A stretch of 64,000 bases of DNA from Alphaproteobacteria bacterium (lineage in GTDB: Bacteria > Pseudomonadota > Alphaproteobacteria > MPNO01 > UBA830), in the NCBI GenBank assembly GCA_964291215.2, contig OZ219790.1:1120001-1184000 (forward strand). Reading direction: 5' to 3'. Below, piece by piece: positions 31,331 through 42,864 of the stretch. The notes beneath the pieces are model-generated. The model was not told where the DNA came from. It saw nothing but the letters and a program-made list of their open reading frames with translations, and did no database searches. The first letter of the stretch is position 1, and every line of letters begins with the position of its first letter. The translations under genes were made by a program, and so were the position numbers.

Positions 31331-33118
31331 TCATGTCGCGACGGTGGCGTCCTCGATCACCAGTTGCGCCCGGCGATTACCCCGCCACGAATCTATGTCC
31401 GGATGCCCTGCCAGATGGAGCGGAGCGCCAGCGTTGTCGATCAGAATCTTGCCGAGTATGGTACCGGCAGATCGAAAGGCAATGGCACTGAGCCGCTCTC
31501 CACCCTCGGCCCGCTGAAGGAAACATCGGACATGGTCGCGGCCGACTACCCTGGCATGGACGGGTCTGACCGCCGGCAACGCCAGGCGTGGACGCGGATT
31601 TCCCGGTCCAAACGGCCCCGCCGCTTCAAGCTGCTCGATCAGCTCGGTCGTCACGCCACCGGGAGTCACCACAGCATCGATGCCGATCTCGGGAGAGAGG
31701 CCGGCGTCCCCGAGTTGTTCAGCCGCCCGGGTGGCAAGAAAACGGTGAAGCTCACCGAGCCTGTCCTCGCGGACGGTGAATCCCGCCGCCATCTCGTGGC
31801 CACCGCCATCAATGAGCAGGCCTGCGGCGCGGGCAGCGACAACAGCGGGCCCCAAGGCAACGCCGCGCACCGAACGGCCCGAGCCCTTGCCGATACCGTC
31901 GTGCAGCGAGACAACGCAAGCGGGACGATCAAAGGTCTCCCTGAGCCGGGAAGCAACGATTCCAATCACGCCGGGATGCCAGCCCTCAGACGCCACTAGG
32001 AGAAACAGCGGGTCCGATTCCATCTGGCTCCTAGCCTGCTCGACCGCCGCTTCGGTAACCGCGAGCTCGATTTCGCGCCGCTCGCCGTTATGCAGATCGA
32101 GGCGGGCGGCAATCGCCGATGCCTCGCTCTCGTCGGCCGCCGTCAACAGCCGCACTCCAAGCCCCGAATCGCCGACGCGACCGCCGGCATTGATGCGCGG
32201 TCCGAGCACGAAGCCGAGGTGCCAGGGTTCGACCTTGCCGTCGAGCCTAGCGCTTCGTGAAAGCGATACCAGACCCGGATTCCGTCCGCGGCTCATGACC
32301 GCGACTCCTTGGCGAACAAGCGCCCGGTTGATTCCGGTAAGCGGCGCCATGTCGGCAACCGTCGCCAGCGCAACCAGATCCAACCAGGCCATCAGATCCG
32401 GTTCCGGGTGCCCCTCTTCGTACCACCACTGCTCGCGCAGAGCCCGATTGACGGCAACCACCAGAAGAAAAGCGACGCCGGCGGCGCACAGTTGCGGCAC
32501 CGGACTAGACTCGTCCAGGCGATTCGGATTGATCACGGCCGTTGCCCGGGGCAGCCGCTCTCCGGACACGTGATGGTCCACCACGATCACGTCCAGACCG
32601 GCCTCCGACACTTGGTCAAGCGCTTCAAACGCAGTAGTGCCGCAATCGACCGTGATCACCAGCGACACCCCTTCCGCCTTGAGCTTCAGCAGCGCCGCAA
32701 CGTTCGGGCCATAGCCTTCGCGCAGGCGGTCGGGAACATAGACCCTGGTGGTGCGGCCGATTGCCGACAGAAAGTTGACAATAAGCGCCGCCGAGGCAGC
32801 GCCATCCACATCGTAATCGGCGAACACGCCTATCTTTTCGCCGTCGACTATCGCCGCGGTCACGCGTTCGACGGCACGGTCCATATCGAGGAGATGTGAC
32901 GGGTCGGGCAGAAGGTCCCTGAGCTTCGGCGACAGGAAGTCCGCGACCTCGGACGGCGCGACTCCGCGCGCGGCCAGCACCCGCGCAAGTATTTCGGGCA
33001 GGCCGTATTCCTGGACGATGGTCAGCGCCGCGCGCTCGTCGTCGAGCCGCGCACGCCACCTCCGGCCACGCACCGAACGCTCGACGTTCAGTACAGCAGG
33101 CTCGCTGGCGCCCGTCAC
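31331..33118 (-). CDS. recJ: ssDNA exonuclease RecJ
   Basis: DYDVDG, TVDCG, DHH, PRINAGGR, GSGRS, GGH.MAAG, PFGPGNP. Confidence 0.97.
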   Translation of the reverse strand: MTGASEPAVLNVERSVRGRRWRARLDDERAALTIVQEYGLPEILARVLAARGVAPSEVADFLSPKLRDLLPDPSHLLDMDRAVERVTAAIVDGEKIGVFADYDVDGAASAALIVNFLSAIGRTTRVYVPDRLREGYGPNVAALLKLKAEGVSLVITVDCGTTAFEALDQVSEAGLDVIVVDHHVSGERLPRATAVINPNRLDESSPVPQLCAAGVAFLLVVAVNRALREQWWYEEGHPEPDLMAWLDLVALATVADMAPLTGINRALVRQGVAVMSRGRNPGLVSLSRSARLDGKVEPWHLGFVLGPRINAGGRVGDSGLGVRLLTAADESEASAIAARLDLHNGERREIELAVTEAAVEQARSQMESDPLFLLVASEGWHPGVIGIVASRLRETFDRPACVVSLHDGIGKGSGRSVRGVALGPAVVAARAAGLLIDGGGHEMAAGFTVREDRLGELHRFLATRAAEQLGDAGLSPEIGIDAVVTPGGVTTELIEQLEAAGPFGPGNPRPRLALPAVRPVHARVVGRDHVRCFLQRAEGGERLSAIAFRSAGTILGKILIDNAGAPLHLAGHPDIDSWRGNRRAQLVIEDATVAT

Positions 33119-33149
33119 AGCAGGCCGCTCCCGTGATAGCCGTCCGCAG

Positions 33150-34139
33150 TCATTGGTCCAGCGGATCGAATCCGGTCTTGCGGCTGAAGTTGTGAAGCGC
33201 GGTGATGTAGCGAACCGTTCCCGACTTCGAGCGCATAACCAGCGAATGGGTTTTCGCTCCGCCGGAAAATCGGCGGACGCCGCCCAGCATCGCGCCGTCG
33301 GTCACGCCGGTTGCGGCAAACACGACATCACCGTCAGCGAGGTCGTGAAGGTCGTACTTGCGATCGAAATCCGTAATTCCGCAACGCTGCGCACGAGCCC
33401 GCTCATCGTCGTTCCGGAACACCAGGCGCCCCTGCATCTGGCCGCCGATGCATCGAAGTGCAGCAGCCGCCAAGACGCCTTCCGGGGCTCCACCCATGCC
33501 CAAATAGATGTCAATGCCGCTGGCTCCTTCGGATGTGGCGATAACCCCGGAAATGTCGCCGTCGGAAATCAGCGTGATGCGGGCACCGGCCTCGCGCACC
33601 TTCCTGATCAGCGCCTCATGGCGCGGCCGGTCGAGAATACAGGCCACGAGATCCGAGACGTTGCACCCCTTGGCGTCCGCCAGGTTCTCAAGGTTATCCG
33701 CCGGTTCCAGGTCCAGATCGACTACCTTCTCCGGCAGTCCGCCGCCGACCGCGATCTTGTCCATGTAGGTGTCGGGCGAATAGAGAAAGTTGCCGCGGTC
33801 GGCGATGGCGATCACCGACAGGGCGTTGGTCAGTCCCTTGGCGGTGATCGTGGTGCCCTCAAGGGGGTCGAGAGCAATATCGACCTTGGGACCGCTGCCA
33901 GTTCCCACCTCCTCGCCGATATAGAGCATCGGCGCTTCGTCGCGCTCGCCCTCGCCAATGACCACGGTTCCCGCGATATCGAGGCTGTCGAGCGCGGCGC
34001 GCATGGCATCGACAGCCACCTGGTCGGCCGCGCGTTCGTCACCACGTCCCATAAGGCGCGACGCGGCAAGCGCCGCTGCCTCGGTCACGCGCACCACTTC
34101 CAGCGCGAGGTTCCGGTCCATCTTTTCGGTGTTGGACAT
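33150..34139 (-). CDS. glpX: Class II fructose-1,6-bisphosphatase
   Basis: VVIGEGERDEAPMLYIGE, DPLEGT, GGAPEGV. Confidence 0.97.
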   Translation of the reverse strand: MSNTEKMDRNLALEVVRVTEAAALAASRLMGRGDERAADQVAVDAMRAALDSLDIAGTVVIGEGERDEAPMLYIGEEVGTGSGPKVDIALDPLEGTTITAKGLTNALSVIAIADRGNFLYSPDTYMDKIAVGGGLPEKVVDLDLEPADNLENLADAKGCNVSDLVACILDRPRHEALIRKVREAGARITLISDGDISGVIATSEGASGIDIYLGMGGAPEGVLAAAALRCIGGQMQGRLVFRNDDERARAQRCGITDFDRKYDLHDLADGDVVFAATGVTDGAMLGGVRRFSGGAKTHSLVMRSKSGTVRYITALHNFSRKTGFDPLDQ

Positions 34140-34182
34140 GCAGCACAGCCTCCCGTCACACGTTCCATGACGGAACCGACCG

Positions 34183-35475
34183 TCACGAGCTCTCCATTCT
34201 AAGCATGCAAGGCCGCTTTACCACCATATCGATGGCTGCGATGCGCGCGAGCGCGCGTTGCAACGCGTCTTCGCGGGTCTCGTGCAGGGTCAAGACGACA
34301 GGCACCGCATCCTCCGGCGCACGCGCCCTCTGGATCAGCGACTCGACGGACACCTGCTCGTCGCGCAGCGCCGCCGAAATGTCGGCAATAACCCCCGGAC
34401 GATCGACAACCGTGAGGCGCACATAGTAAGGCCCCGTGCGCCGATCGATCGGCACGGTCCTCGCCGGCCGAAGTCGCGACACCGGCACGGTAAAGAGCGG
34501 CAGCCTCGCGCCGCGAACGATGTCGATGACATCGGCGACGACCGCTGACGCGGTCGGTCCGGCGCCAGCGCCCCGGCCCTCCAGCATGCCGATGCCTGCT
34601 GCGTCACCCTCGGCGACGACGGCGTTGAGCACGCCTTCGACATGAGCCAGCGGCGCGTCTGCCGGCACCATGCAGGGATGCACCCGCTGTTCGATCCCGT
34701 CGCCGGTGTCGCTTGCAATCCCGAGAAGCTTGATGCGGTAGCCGAGCTCGTCAGCATAGCCAATGTCCTCGGCGGTAACCTGACGAATGCCCTCGACGTG
34801 AATTCCGGAAAAATCGATCTCACACCCGAACGCAATGGCAGCGATTACCGCAAGTTTATGCGCCGTATCTATGCCGTCGATATCGAAACCCGGGTCGGCC
34901 TCCGCATATCCGAGTCGTTGCGCTTCAGCCAGCACTTCGTCGAAACCCCGGCCGGTCTGGCGCATGGTGCTGAGAATGAAATTGCAGGTCCCGTTGAGAA
35001 TGCCGTAGACGCGCGAGATCCGGTTGCCAGCGAACCCCTCGCGCAAGGCCTTTACCACGGGCACTCCGCCAGCCACCGCAGCCTCGCACGCGATCACCAC
35101 GCCCGTCTCCTCGGCCGCCAGGGCCAGTTCCCTGCCATGGTGGGCCAAGAGCGCCTTGTTGGCGGTCACGACATGACGGCCAGCTGCCGTCGCGCGCTCG
35201 CACACGGCACGAGCGATCCCATCCTCTCCGCCAATAAGTTCGAGTACGATTTCGACATCGGCTTCGGACGCCATCGCGGCCGCATCGTCGTACCAGACAC
35301 ATCCGGAAAGATCCACGCCGCGGTTCCGGTTCCGGTCCCGCGCTGACACCGCGACCACGTCGACCGGACGCCCGCACCGCGCCGCGACGAGTTCGCGGCT
35401 CGACTGCAATATACCGACCGCTGCGGCGCCGACCGTACCGAGGCCAGCGACGGCAACTCGTACCGCCGCGGTCAA
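34183..35475 (-). CDS. hom: Homoserine dehydrogenase
   Basis: GLGTVG, VVTANK, GILNGTCNFIL, GYAEADP; C-terminal ACT domain. Confidence 0.97.
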   Translation of the reverse strand: MTAAVRVAVAGLGTVGAAAVGILQSSRELVAARCGRPVDVVAVSARDRNRNRGVDLSGCVWYDDAAAMASEADVEIVLELIGGEDGIARAVCERATAAGRHVVTANKALLAHHGRELALAAEETGVVIACEAAVAGGVPVVKALREGFAGNRISRVYGILNGTCNFILSTMRQTGRGFDEVLAEAQRLGYAEADPGFDIDGIDTAHKLAVIAAIAFGCEIDFSGIHVEGIRQVTAEDIGYADELGYRIKLLGIASDTGDGIEQRVHPCMVPADAPLAHVEGVLNAVVAEGDAAGIGMLEGRGAGAGPTASAVVADVIDIVRGARLPLFTVPVSRLRPARTVPIDRRTGPYYVRLTVVDRPGVIADISAALRDEQVSVESLIQRARAPEDAVPVVLTLHETREDALQRALARIAAIDMVVKRPCMLRMESS

Positions 35476-36689
35476 GAAGCCACTGCGCGGCGCGGCGCAG
35501 GATCTGCGGCAACCCGCACATCGGACAGGAAACGGCGCAGGTTGCGGGCCGCCTGTCGGATACGCTGCCGGTTTTCCACCAGTGCGATGCGCACGAACCC
35601 GTCGCCGTATTCGCCAAAGCCAAGACCCGGAGATACCGCGATATCAGCCTCGGACAGGAGCAACTTCGAGAATTCGAGCGAACCGAGCCCGGCGAACTGT
35701 TCGGGTATCGGCGCCCATGTGAACATCGTCGCCGACGGCGATGGCACGTCCCATCCGGCCTGGCCGAAACTCTCCACCAGCACGTCCCGGCGCCGGCGAT
35801 AGGTGTCCCGCATCTCGTCGACACAGTCCTGCGCCCCGTTGAGCGCGGCTGCGGCGGCCACCTGTATCGGCGTAAAAGCGCCATAGTCGAGATAGGACTT
35901 GATCCGCGTCAGCGCGGCGATGACGCGGGGGTTGCCGGCGACGAAACCGATGCGCCAGCCGGGCATCGAATAGGTCTTGCTCATCGAGGTGAACTCGACC
36001 GCAACCTCTTTCGCGCCGGGGACCTGGAGAATAGACGGTGGCGGATCTTCGAAAAAGACCTCCGAATAGGCGAGGTCGGAGAGCACGTAAATTCCCTCGT
36101 CGCGGCAGAAACGGACGACCTCTTCGTAGAACGCGAGATCGACGACCTGCGCCGTCGGATTGGCCGGGTAGTTGAGAACGAGCGCCAGTGGCGGTGGCAG
36201 GCTGAACCTTACCGCATGCTCGAAGCGCTGCATGAAGTCGTCTGCCGGTCCCACCGGCAGATGGCGGATCAGGGCGCCGGCGAGAAGGAACCCGAAGGCA
36301 TGAATGGGATAGGTGGGATTGGGCACGATGACCGAATCGCCCGGTGCGCAGATGGCCTGGGCCAGGCTGGCGAATCCCTCCTTTGAGCCCAGCGTGACTA
36401 TGATTTCGGTTTCGGGATCGACATCTACGCCGAAGCGGCGGGCATAATAGGCCGCATGCGCCCGGCGCAGCCCCGGAATGCCGCGCGACGCCGAATATCT
36501 GTGGGTGCGCGGATTCTGCGACGCTTCCGCCAGTTTCTCGACTATATGCGGCGGCGTAGGCAGATCGGGATTGCCCATCCCGAAGTCGATCACGTCCCTC
36601 CCGGCAGACCGCGCCCGCGCCTTCATTTCATTTACCTCGGCAAACACATAAGGCGGCAGAAGCCTTATGCGGTGGAAATCATGTTCCAT
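35472..36689 (-). CDS. Class I PLP aminotransferase (AlaC/LL-diaminopimelate aminotransferase-like)
   Basis: LPPYVF, GMGNPD, GSKEG, DLAY, SMSKTYSMPGWRIG. Confidence 0.92.
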   Translation of the reverse strand: MEHDFHRIRLLPPYVFAEVNEMKARARSAGRDVIDFGMGNPDLPTPPHIVEKLAEASQNPRTHRYSASRGIPGLRRAHAAYYARRFGVDVDPETEIIVTLGSKEGFASLAQAICAPGDSVIVPNPTYPIHAFGFLLAGALIRHLPVGPADDFMQRFEHAVRFSLPPPLALVLNYPANPTAQVVDLAFYEEVVRFCRDEGIYVLSDLAYSEVFFEDPPPSILQVPGAKEVAVEFTSMSKTYSMPGWRIGFVAGNPRVIAALTRIKSYLDYGAFTPIQVAAAAALNGAQDCVDEMRDTYRRRRDVLVESFGQAGWDVPSPSATMFTWAPIPEQFAGLGSLEFSKLLLSEADIAVSPGLGFGEYGDGFVRIALVENRQRIRQAARNLRRFLSDVRVAADPAPRRAVAS

Positions 36690-36738
36690 CGCGACATTCC
36701 CGACATTCCCGCCGGAATCCGGCGGCCAAGTTTCCGGT

Positions 36739-37650
36739 CTAGTTGGACAAGTATACTTCAACCCGTTCGGTTTCGGCAGCGCCGGAAGATGCCGGCAACC
36801 CCGGAAGCGGCGTGCCGGGCGCCACGACTCCGATCACAATCCTCGGCTGCGGCACACCCCGCCACAGCAACCGCCCGGCAACGGCATTGGCCCGTTGTAC
36901 CGACAGCTCAAGCTCCGCCACACGCATATCCGGCCGTTCAGGTGGCCCCGCACGCCCGTGCGCCTCGATGCGGACCCTCCCGCCGTGCCGCCGCCAAGCC
37001 TCTGCAACCGCGTCGATGAGATCGAGGGCGCCTGCGTCGAGGTCGGCCGATCCGGAGGCAAACCGCACCTCAGCGCCCCGATTGCCCAGCAGCACATCTC
37101 CTGCCGAAAGCGGAGGCTGCAACGCCGGAACGAGCAGCAGGCCTCCAGGAACCACACCTCCCTCGGCGGCGCGGATCGAGGCGGCGATCGGGGGTGGCGG
37201 GGAGCCGACGCGCACGGGCGCCATCCGGCGTCCGGGATCCGTTCCGGCTCTGTCGGCCTCCCCGCCCGATGGTGTGCGACCGCCGATCTCGGCCGAGATC
37301 CGGGCTGCGCCGGCGCGGTCGGCCGCCAGTTCAGCGTAGACCCTGTCCCGCTCGGCACCGTCCCGCACCGGCGAACGGGCGGGAACAACTGCCAACCGCG
37401 GAAAGGGCCTGCCATCTCCTCCCCGCCCGGCATCCACCGATCCCGGAGGGCCAGCCCCGGCGCTGACGCGGTCGGATCGGACAGCCGACTCGACCGGCTG
37501 TCCAGGGCCGCCCTGGGCACAGGCCGACACCCACAGGACAGCGAACGCAGCCAGCGTCACGGGGCGGATCGGGAATGGAAGCGGCAAGTCCTTCCCGTTG
37601 TCGCCAGCGCAGGTAATGATGAGAGGACGTGACATGGAAACAGTTGCCAT
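36739..37650 (-). CDS. OmpA-like domain (lipo)protein
   Basis: VRFASGSADL...LSVQRANAV...RVEVY; start uncertain. Confidence 0.6.
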   Translation of the reverse strand: MATVSMSRPLIITCAGDNGKDLPLPFPIRPVTLAAFAVLWVSACAQGGPGQPVESAVRSDRVSAGAGPPGSVDAGRGGDGRPFPRLAVVPARSPVRDGAERDRVYAELAADRAGAARISAEIGGRTPSGGEADRAGTDPGRRMAPVRVGSPPPPIAASIRAAEGGVVPGGLLLVPALQPPLSAGDVLLGNRGAEVRFASGSADLDAGALDLIDAVAEAWRRHGGRVRIEAHGRAGPPERPDMRVAELELSVQRANAVAGRLLWRGVPQPRIVIGVVAPGTPLPGLPASSGAAETERVEVYLSN

Positions 37651-37835
37651 GCGACCGAAGGCGTAAGGTGCACCGTACCGTGCTGTCTGGAGACTATATC
37701 CCGTCGCCCAAAAAGCAAGCCGCCGGGCACTGCAGAGCTGGGCAGGAAATTTGCGCTGCTGGGAGCATGCCGACTATGCTGCCGGCAACGCGGCAGCATG
37801 CGACCGCCGAGCAGTCCGAGAGAGGTTCCACAGCC

Positions 37836-38525
37836 ATGAAACTTGCCGTTTCGGACTGGATACGGCCGACCATCGCGATCGCGGGAACCAAAACGGTGTT
37901 TCCGGTGCGCAGGATCTACGCCATCGGCCGCAACTACGCCGATCATGCTGCCGAGACCGGTCTCGGCGCACAGGACGGGCCAGTGCCGGGGATTTCGCTC
38001 AAGCCCGCCGACTCGGTTGTCGCCGACGGCAACGACCTGCCCTACCCGCCGGCGACCGCTGAACTCGACCACGAGATCGAGATGGTCATCGCCATCGGCA
38101 AGGGCGGCGCCTCGATTGCGACAGAACGGGGAACCGAGCACATCTTCGGCTACGCGGTCGGTTTCGACCTTATCCGCCGCGACCTGATGCGCGAATGCAT
38201 CGCCCGCGAGCACTCGTGGGATCTGTGCAAGAGTTTCGACGGCGCGTCGCCGGTTGGCGCAATCCGCCCGGCTTCCGAAATCGGTCATCCGGTCTCCGGG
38301 ACCATTGCCCTGAGCGTCAACGGCGCCCCGCGCCAACGAGGCGACATCTCGCAGATGATCTGGAAGCCGGCCGAGATTGTCTCCCGCCTGTCCCGCTACA
38401 GCCGGCTGGAGCCCGGCGACATCGTCTTTACCGGCACGCCCAGGGGCCCGGCGCCGGTTGTCGCCGGCGACCTGATCGAGGGTCACATAAAGGGCGTGGG
38501 ACAGCTGACGATACGCATCGTCTGA
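37836..38525 (+). CDS. FAH family hydrolase (fumarylpyruvate hydrolase-like)
   Basis: FPVRRIYAIGRNYADH, HEIE, KSFD, LEPGDIVFTGTP. Confidence 0.9.
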   Translation: MKLAVSDWIRPTIAIAGTKTVFPVRRIYAIGRNYADHAAETGLGAQDGPVPGISLKPADSVVADGNDLPYPPATAELDHEIEMVIAIGKGGASIATERGTEHIFGYAVGFDLIRRDLMRECIAREHSWDLCKSFDGASPVGAIRPASEIGHPVSGTIALSVNGAPRQRGDISQMIWKPAEIVSRLSRYSRLEPGDIVFTGTPRGPAPVVAGDLIEGHIKGVGQLTIRIV

Positions 38526-38592
38526 TGCCCGGTGCGCGATGCTCGCCAGCGAAACAGCCGCGCCAAGCAAGTCTTCATGGAAGGAAAGCACG

Positions 38593-39387
38593 ATGAACAC
38601 CTATAGCGACTTGGCCGTGGAAAGGCTGTTCCGCATGGATGGAGAGGTCGCCCTCGTCACCGGCGCCGGCAGCGGCTTCGGCAGAATCGCAGCCCTGACC
38701 TTCGCCAATGCCGGCGCCTCGGTCGCCGTGACCGACATCGACATGACGACGGCCGAAGCAGTGACCAGGGAGATCACCGAGGGCGGCGGCCACGCTGTCG
38801 CACTGCACCTCGACGTGTCGGACCGAAACGCAGTCGGTGAGCTCATCGACAGCGCCGCACAGATCCTCGGCGGGCTGCATGTGCTCGTGAACAATGCCGG
38901 CATTGCCCGCCGCGGACCGTCGGAGGACCTGTCTGACGAGGACTGGAATGCCATCGTCGAAGTCAACCTGAGCGCCGTCTTCGCCGGGTGCCGCGCGGCC
39001 GCGCCGCACATGTTCGCGCACGGCGACGGCCGCATCATCAACATATCCTCGATCATGGGCCTGGTCGGCAACAGGATGTTCCCGCACACCGGCTACCAGG
39101 CGACCAAGGGAGCCCTCGTCAACCTGACGCGGTCGCTCGCCGTGGAATGGGCGGGCCGGGGCATACGGGTCAATGCTCTCGCACCGTCGTTTTTCAGGAC
39201 CAATTTTGGTGCCGGTCTCATGCAGTCGAGTCCCGAGTTCGTGCAGAAAATCGAAGAAGCAACGCCGCTTGGACGCTTCGGAGAGCCATGGGAACTTGCC
39301 GGCGGCCTGCTTTTCCTGGCCAGCCGCGCCTCGTCGATGGTGACCGGCGTCACGCTTCCGATCGACGGCGGCTGGACTGCAGCATAG
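38593..39387 (+). CDS. SDR oxidoreductase
   Basis: TGAGSGFG, NNAG, YQATK. Confidence 0.92.
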   Translation: MNTYSDLAVERLFRMDGEVALVTGAGSGFGRIAALTFANAGASVAVTDIDMTTAEAVTREITEGGGHAVALHLDVSDRNAVGELIDSAAQILGGLHVLVNNAGIARRGPSEDLSDEDWNAIVEVNLSAVFAGCRAAAPHMFAHGDGRIINISSIMGLVGNRMFPHTGYQATKGALVNLTRSLAVEWAGRGIRVNALAPSFFRTNFGAGLMQSSPEFVQKIEEATPLGRFGEPWELAGGLLFLASRASSMVTGVTLPIDGGWTAA

Positions 39388-39403
39388 GCTTTCGGTGCCT
39401 CTT

Positions 39404-40757
39404 TCAGGCGCGGCCCGCCGGCCCACCGAGAATCGCGAGGAGTTTCCGCGCGTCCTCGAGGGTTTCAAGTTCGGCAACCATTGCCGCGACCTCATCGATC
39501 CGGTCGCTCGCCAGCATGTCGGCGGCACAGGCCCGGAACTTGTCCGCAACCTGCGCGTGGGACAACGGGTTCTCCGACGTTCCCAGCGGGTGATCACAGC
39601 GGCCGTTGAATGCGTCGCCGTTCCGCATCGTGATCTCGACCGTAGCCTCGCCGGGCGCCAAGCCGGGTTCGGGCCGCACCTCGACCTGTTCTGCCGCGAA
39701 TGCGCGAAGCACCGGATCGTCGTAGCAGGCGGCTCGAACTGATCGAGGGTCAGGGTCCCGGCCCGCAGGAAAACGGCAGCGACGTAGTGGGCCGACAGCA
39801 GGGCTTCGAACCTGCCCTCGTAGGTCCCGAAACCGCCGTGCATGTCAAACGGAGTCTGGCTCAGCGCGACCTCGACCCTGGCGATGTCATCGAACGCGAT
39901 GCCGTCGCGGGCGATAAGCACAGACAGCGCGGTGAGGACCTCCTGAAGCGCAGTCGCCGCAGGCCAGAGCCGCAGTGAAATCTGCTGCAGCTCCCAGCGT
40001 CGGCCGAGATCCCTTGTCGCCAGCTCCGGAGTCCCGCCCCCGGCCCAGGTCGCGTAGAGGCCGCCGTCCGGCGCCGTCAGGAACTCCCGTGTGGCAATGA
40101 AATCCCGCTCGGCGAGCAGCGCCGCCATCAGCCCGGACAGCGCGGCACGGCACTGGTGCCACTTGACGGTCGGCGTTCCCCAGGCCGCAAAGGTGCCGGC
40201 CGACTGGCTGCCGGCCAGCCCGAACGCGCGCGCCATGCAGTCGCCATCGAAACCTCGGAGCCGACCGACCGCGGCCGCGGCACCGAAGGGCCCGATGACA
40301 CCGGGACCGTGCCAGCCGCGCTTGCGAAACGCCGCATGGTCGAGTCCAAGCCCGATTCGCGCCGTGACCTCCAGTCCAGCGATGAGCGCCGCCAGCAGTT
40401 CGCCGCCCGCAACGCGGTCGCGTTCCGCAATCGCCAGCGCCGGAGGCACCACCTCGGGGGTGATGTGCGTGAGCGTAGACCTGTGGACATCGTGACAGCG
40501 GTGATCAGGTAGCCGTTGAGAAGCGTAGCGCCGGCAAGAGAGAGGCCGCCGCCGCCGACGACAGTACTCTCGCCGGACTGCGCGAGGGTCGATGCCATCC
40601 CGGTTACCTGCGTCGTCTCCTCGCCGCGATGACCGGCGAGCGCGCAGGCCAGCGCGTCGAGCAGGAGGGTCTTCGCCGATTCGCGCACCGCCTGCGGCAC
40701 ATCCTCGACGCACAGACCCGAAGCGAATTCCGCCAGCGCCGCCGTCGCGTCCGTCAT
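39404..40757 (-). pseudogene. MmgE/PrpD family protein, frameshifted
   Basis: LLDALACALAG, RGWHGPG, AGSQSAG, GTSENPLS; frame breaks near 40490 and 39730. Confidence 0.8.
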
Positions 40758-40832
40758 CCCGGCCTCCCTTCTGCTGGACGGAGGCCATCGAAACGATATT
40801 CTTCCGAAAAATCAACGTCGGAGATCATCGCG

Positions 40833-42296
40833 ATGCTCACCGGAGCAGAATACCTCGACAGCCTGCGTGACGGCAGGTGCATCTATCTCGGCAGGGAGCG
40901 GGTTGATGACGTCACAACCCATGCCGCTTTCCGCAATGCGGCCGCATCATTCGCGAAGATCTACGATCTCAAGCGGGCAACGGAAAACCGTGATCCGATG
41001 GTCTCGGAAGAGGGCGGGGAGGAGTTTTCTACCTATTTTCTGATGCCGCGGTCGCGCCGGGATCTCGAGCGGCGTTTCGAAACCCATCGCAGGATCGCAT
41101 CATGGAGCTACGGGTTGCTCGGCCGTTCGCCGGATAATTTCCCGAGCTATCTGAGCGGCCTCGCCACCCATCCACAACTCTTTAACGATCTCCGTGAGGG
41201 ATCCGGCGACAACCTGTCCGGGTATTATCGGCGCGCCAGGCGCAATGACCTGTTCATCACCCACACCGTCACCAATCCGCAGACGACACGCCGGCCAGGC
41301 CGCCCCGGGCCGGCCGGCGGCGCCTCTCCGACCCTCAGGGTGGTGGACGAGGACGATGCCGGCGTCACGATAAACGGCCTCAAGATGATCGGCACCTCGG
41401 CTGTCTTCTGCCACGACGCGTGGGTCGGCAACCTCCAGCCAGTTCCCGACGGCCACGAGGACGAGACCATCACCTGCGCGGTGCCACTCAGCGCGCCGGG
41501 AGTCTCCATCTGGTCGCGCAAGCCCTACGAGCGGTTTGCCGGAAGTGAGTTCGACATGCCGCTGACATGGCGCTACGATGAAACCGACGCCGCCGTGTTG
41601 TTCGAAAACGTCCGGGTTCCGTGGGAGAGTATTTTTCTCCACGACAATGTCGAGATGACCCGGGAGATTTACATGCGGACGCCCGGCCACTCGCTTGCCA
41701 ATCATCAGGCCAATATCCGCTTCCTCGAGAAGCTGAAGCTGCTGACGGGGGTCGCCCACGCGGTATGCCGTGCCAACAACACGCTGCATATCCCGGCGGT
41801 GCAGGACGTTCTCGGGCAACTCGCCGCCCGGCTCGGCCTTCTCGAGGGGCTGGTGATGGGGCAGCTGCATGGTTGCGAGAAAATGGTGCCTGGCTCCGGA
41901 TATGTCACCGTGAACCGCCGCTACATGTACGCAGCCCTCCACTGGTGCACGAACCACCATTCGGAAATCTGCGACACGGTACGCGAGCTCCTTGGCGGCG
42001 GCCCGATGCAGATGCCAGCCGATTCGTCGATACTCGCCGATCCGGAGCTCTGCCAGAAATTCGAAAGGTACTGGTCAACGCCGGAACAATCGGCCAAGGA
42101 CCGCATGAAACTGCTCAGACTCGCTTGGGACCTGTTGAATTCGGAATTTGCGGGCCGCAACACGCAATACGAGAAATTCTACGCCGGCCCCGGCTTCGTG
42201 ATGGATTCCTACAGCTTCGCAAGCTGCCCGTGGCCGGAGCTCGAGGCGGCCGTGACCGAGCTGATGGCCGGCTACGACGCCGAAACGGTGGTCTGA
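40833..42296 (+). CDS. 4-hydroxyphenylacetate 3-hydroxylase family flavin monooxygenase (HpaB-like)
   Basis: TGAEYLDSLRDGR, GRSPD, YDETDA...VPWE, SEFAGR..QYEKFYAG. Confidence 0.92.
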   Translation: MLTGAEYLDSLRDGRCIYLGRERVDDVTTHAAFRNAAASFAKIYDLKRATENRDPMVSEEGGEEFSTYFLMPRSRRDLERRFETHRRIASWSYGLLGRSPDNFPSYLSGLATHPQLFNDLREGSGDNLSGYYRRARRNDLFITHTVTNPQTTRRPGRPGPAGGASPTLRVVDEDDAGVTINGLKMIGTSAVFCHDAWVGNLQPVPDGHEDETITCAVPLSAPGVSIWSRKPYERFAGSEFDMPLTWRYDETDAAVLFENVRVPWESIFLHDNVEMTREIYMRTPGHSLANHQANIRFLEKLKLLTGVAHAVCRANNTLHIPAVQDVLGQLAARLGLLEGLVMGQLHGCEKMVPGSGYVTVNRRYMYAALHWCTNHHSEICDTVRELLGGGPMQMPADSSILADPELCQKFERYWSTPEQSAKDRMKLLRLAWDLLNSEFAGRNTQYEKFYAGPGFVMDSYSFASCPWPELEAAVTELMAGYDAETVV

Positions 42297-42864
42297 AACG
42301 CCGCCCGCAGTCGCACAGCGGCTCCGAAGACGACAGCCTTCAGCAACCGCCAAGGCCGCGCACGCGCCGGACGCCGCGGTCATTGCGGACGCTTCTCCAC
42401 CTGGCGGGAGGCCGGCTATCGCAAGGTGATCCCATGCTTTTTGATGTGATGTGATCGGAGTCCTGATCGCGGCGCGGGTCGACGCGTTCGAGGCTGCGAT
42501 TTTGAGATTTGCTGACGCGCTGTTGCGGCGCGGGGCGCGATTGGTCGGCGTATCCGGGGCGAGCAAGAGGCCTTGGTTGCCGGGCTCGAAAGCTTGCGGT
42601 TTCTGTCGGGGCGAGAGGCGCGGTCAGCCTGGTCTTGTGATTGCGTGCAGGACCTGCTTGCGCTTGTCCGCATGGTGGGAAGCTGTTGAAGGGTTTGTGC
42701 AGCTTGTTGCGGATGATGATTGCGAGGGTGATCGCGTTGTTTGCGGGCGCGTTCGGAGCATGGAGTCGTCTTCGCGGAAGGTGGGTATGCGGTGATGGCT
42801 CTCGACTACCCGGTGTCCGCGATTCCATGCGAGCAGCTGTTGCGGCGAGGCGCGCTCGACCGAG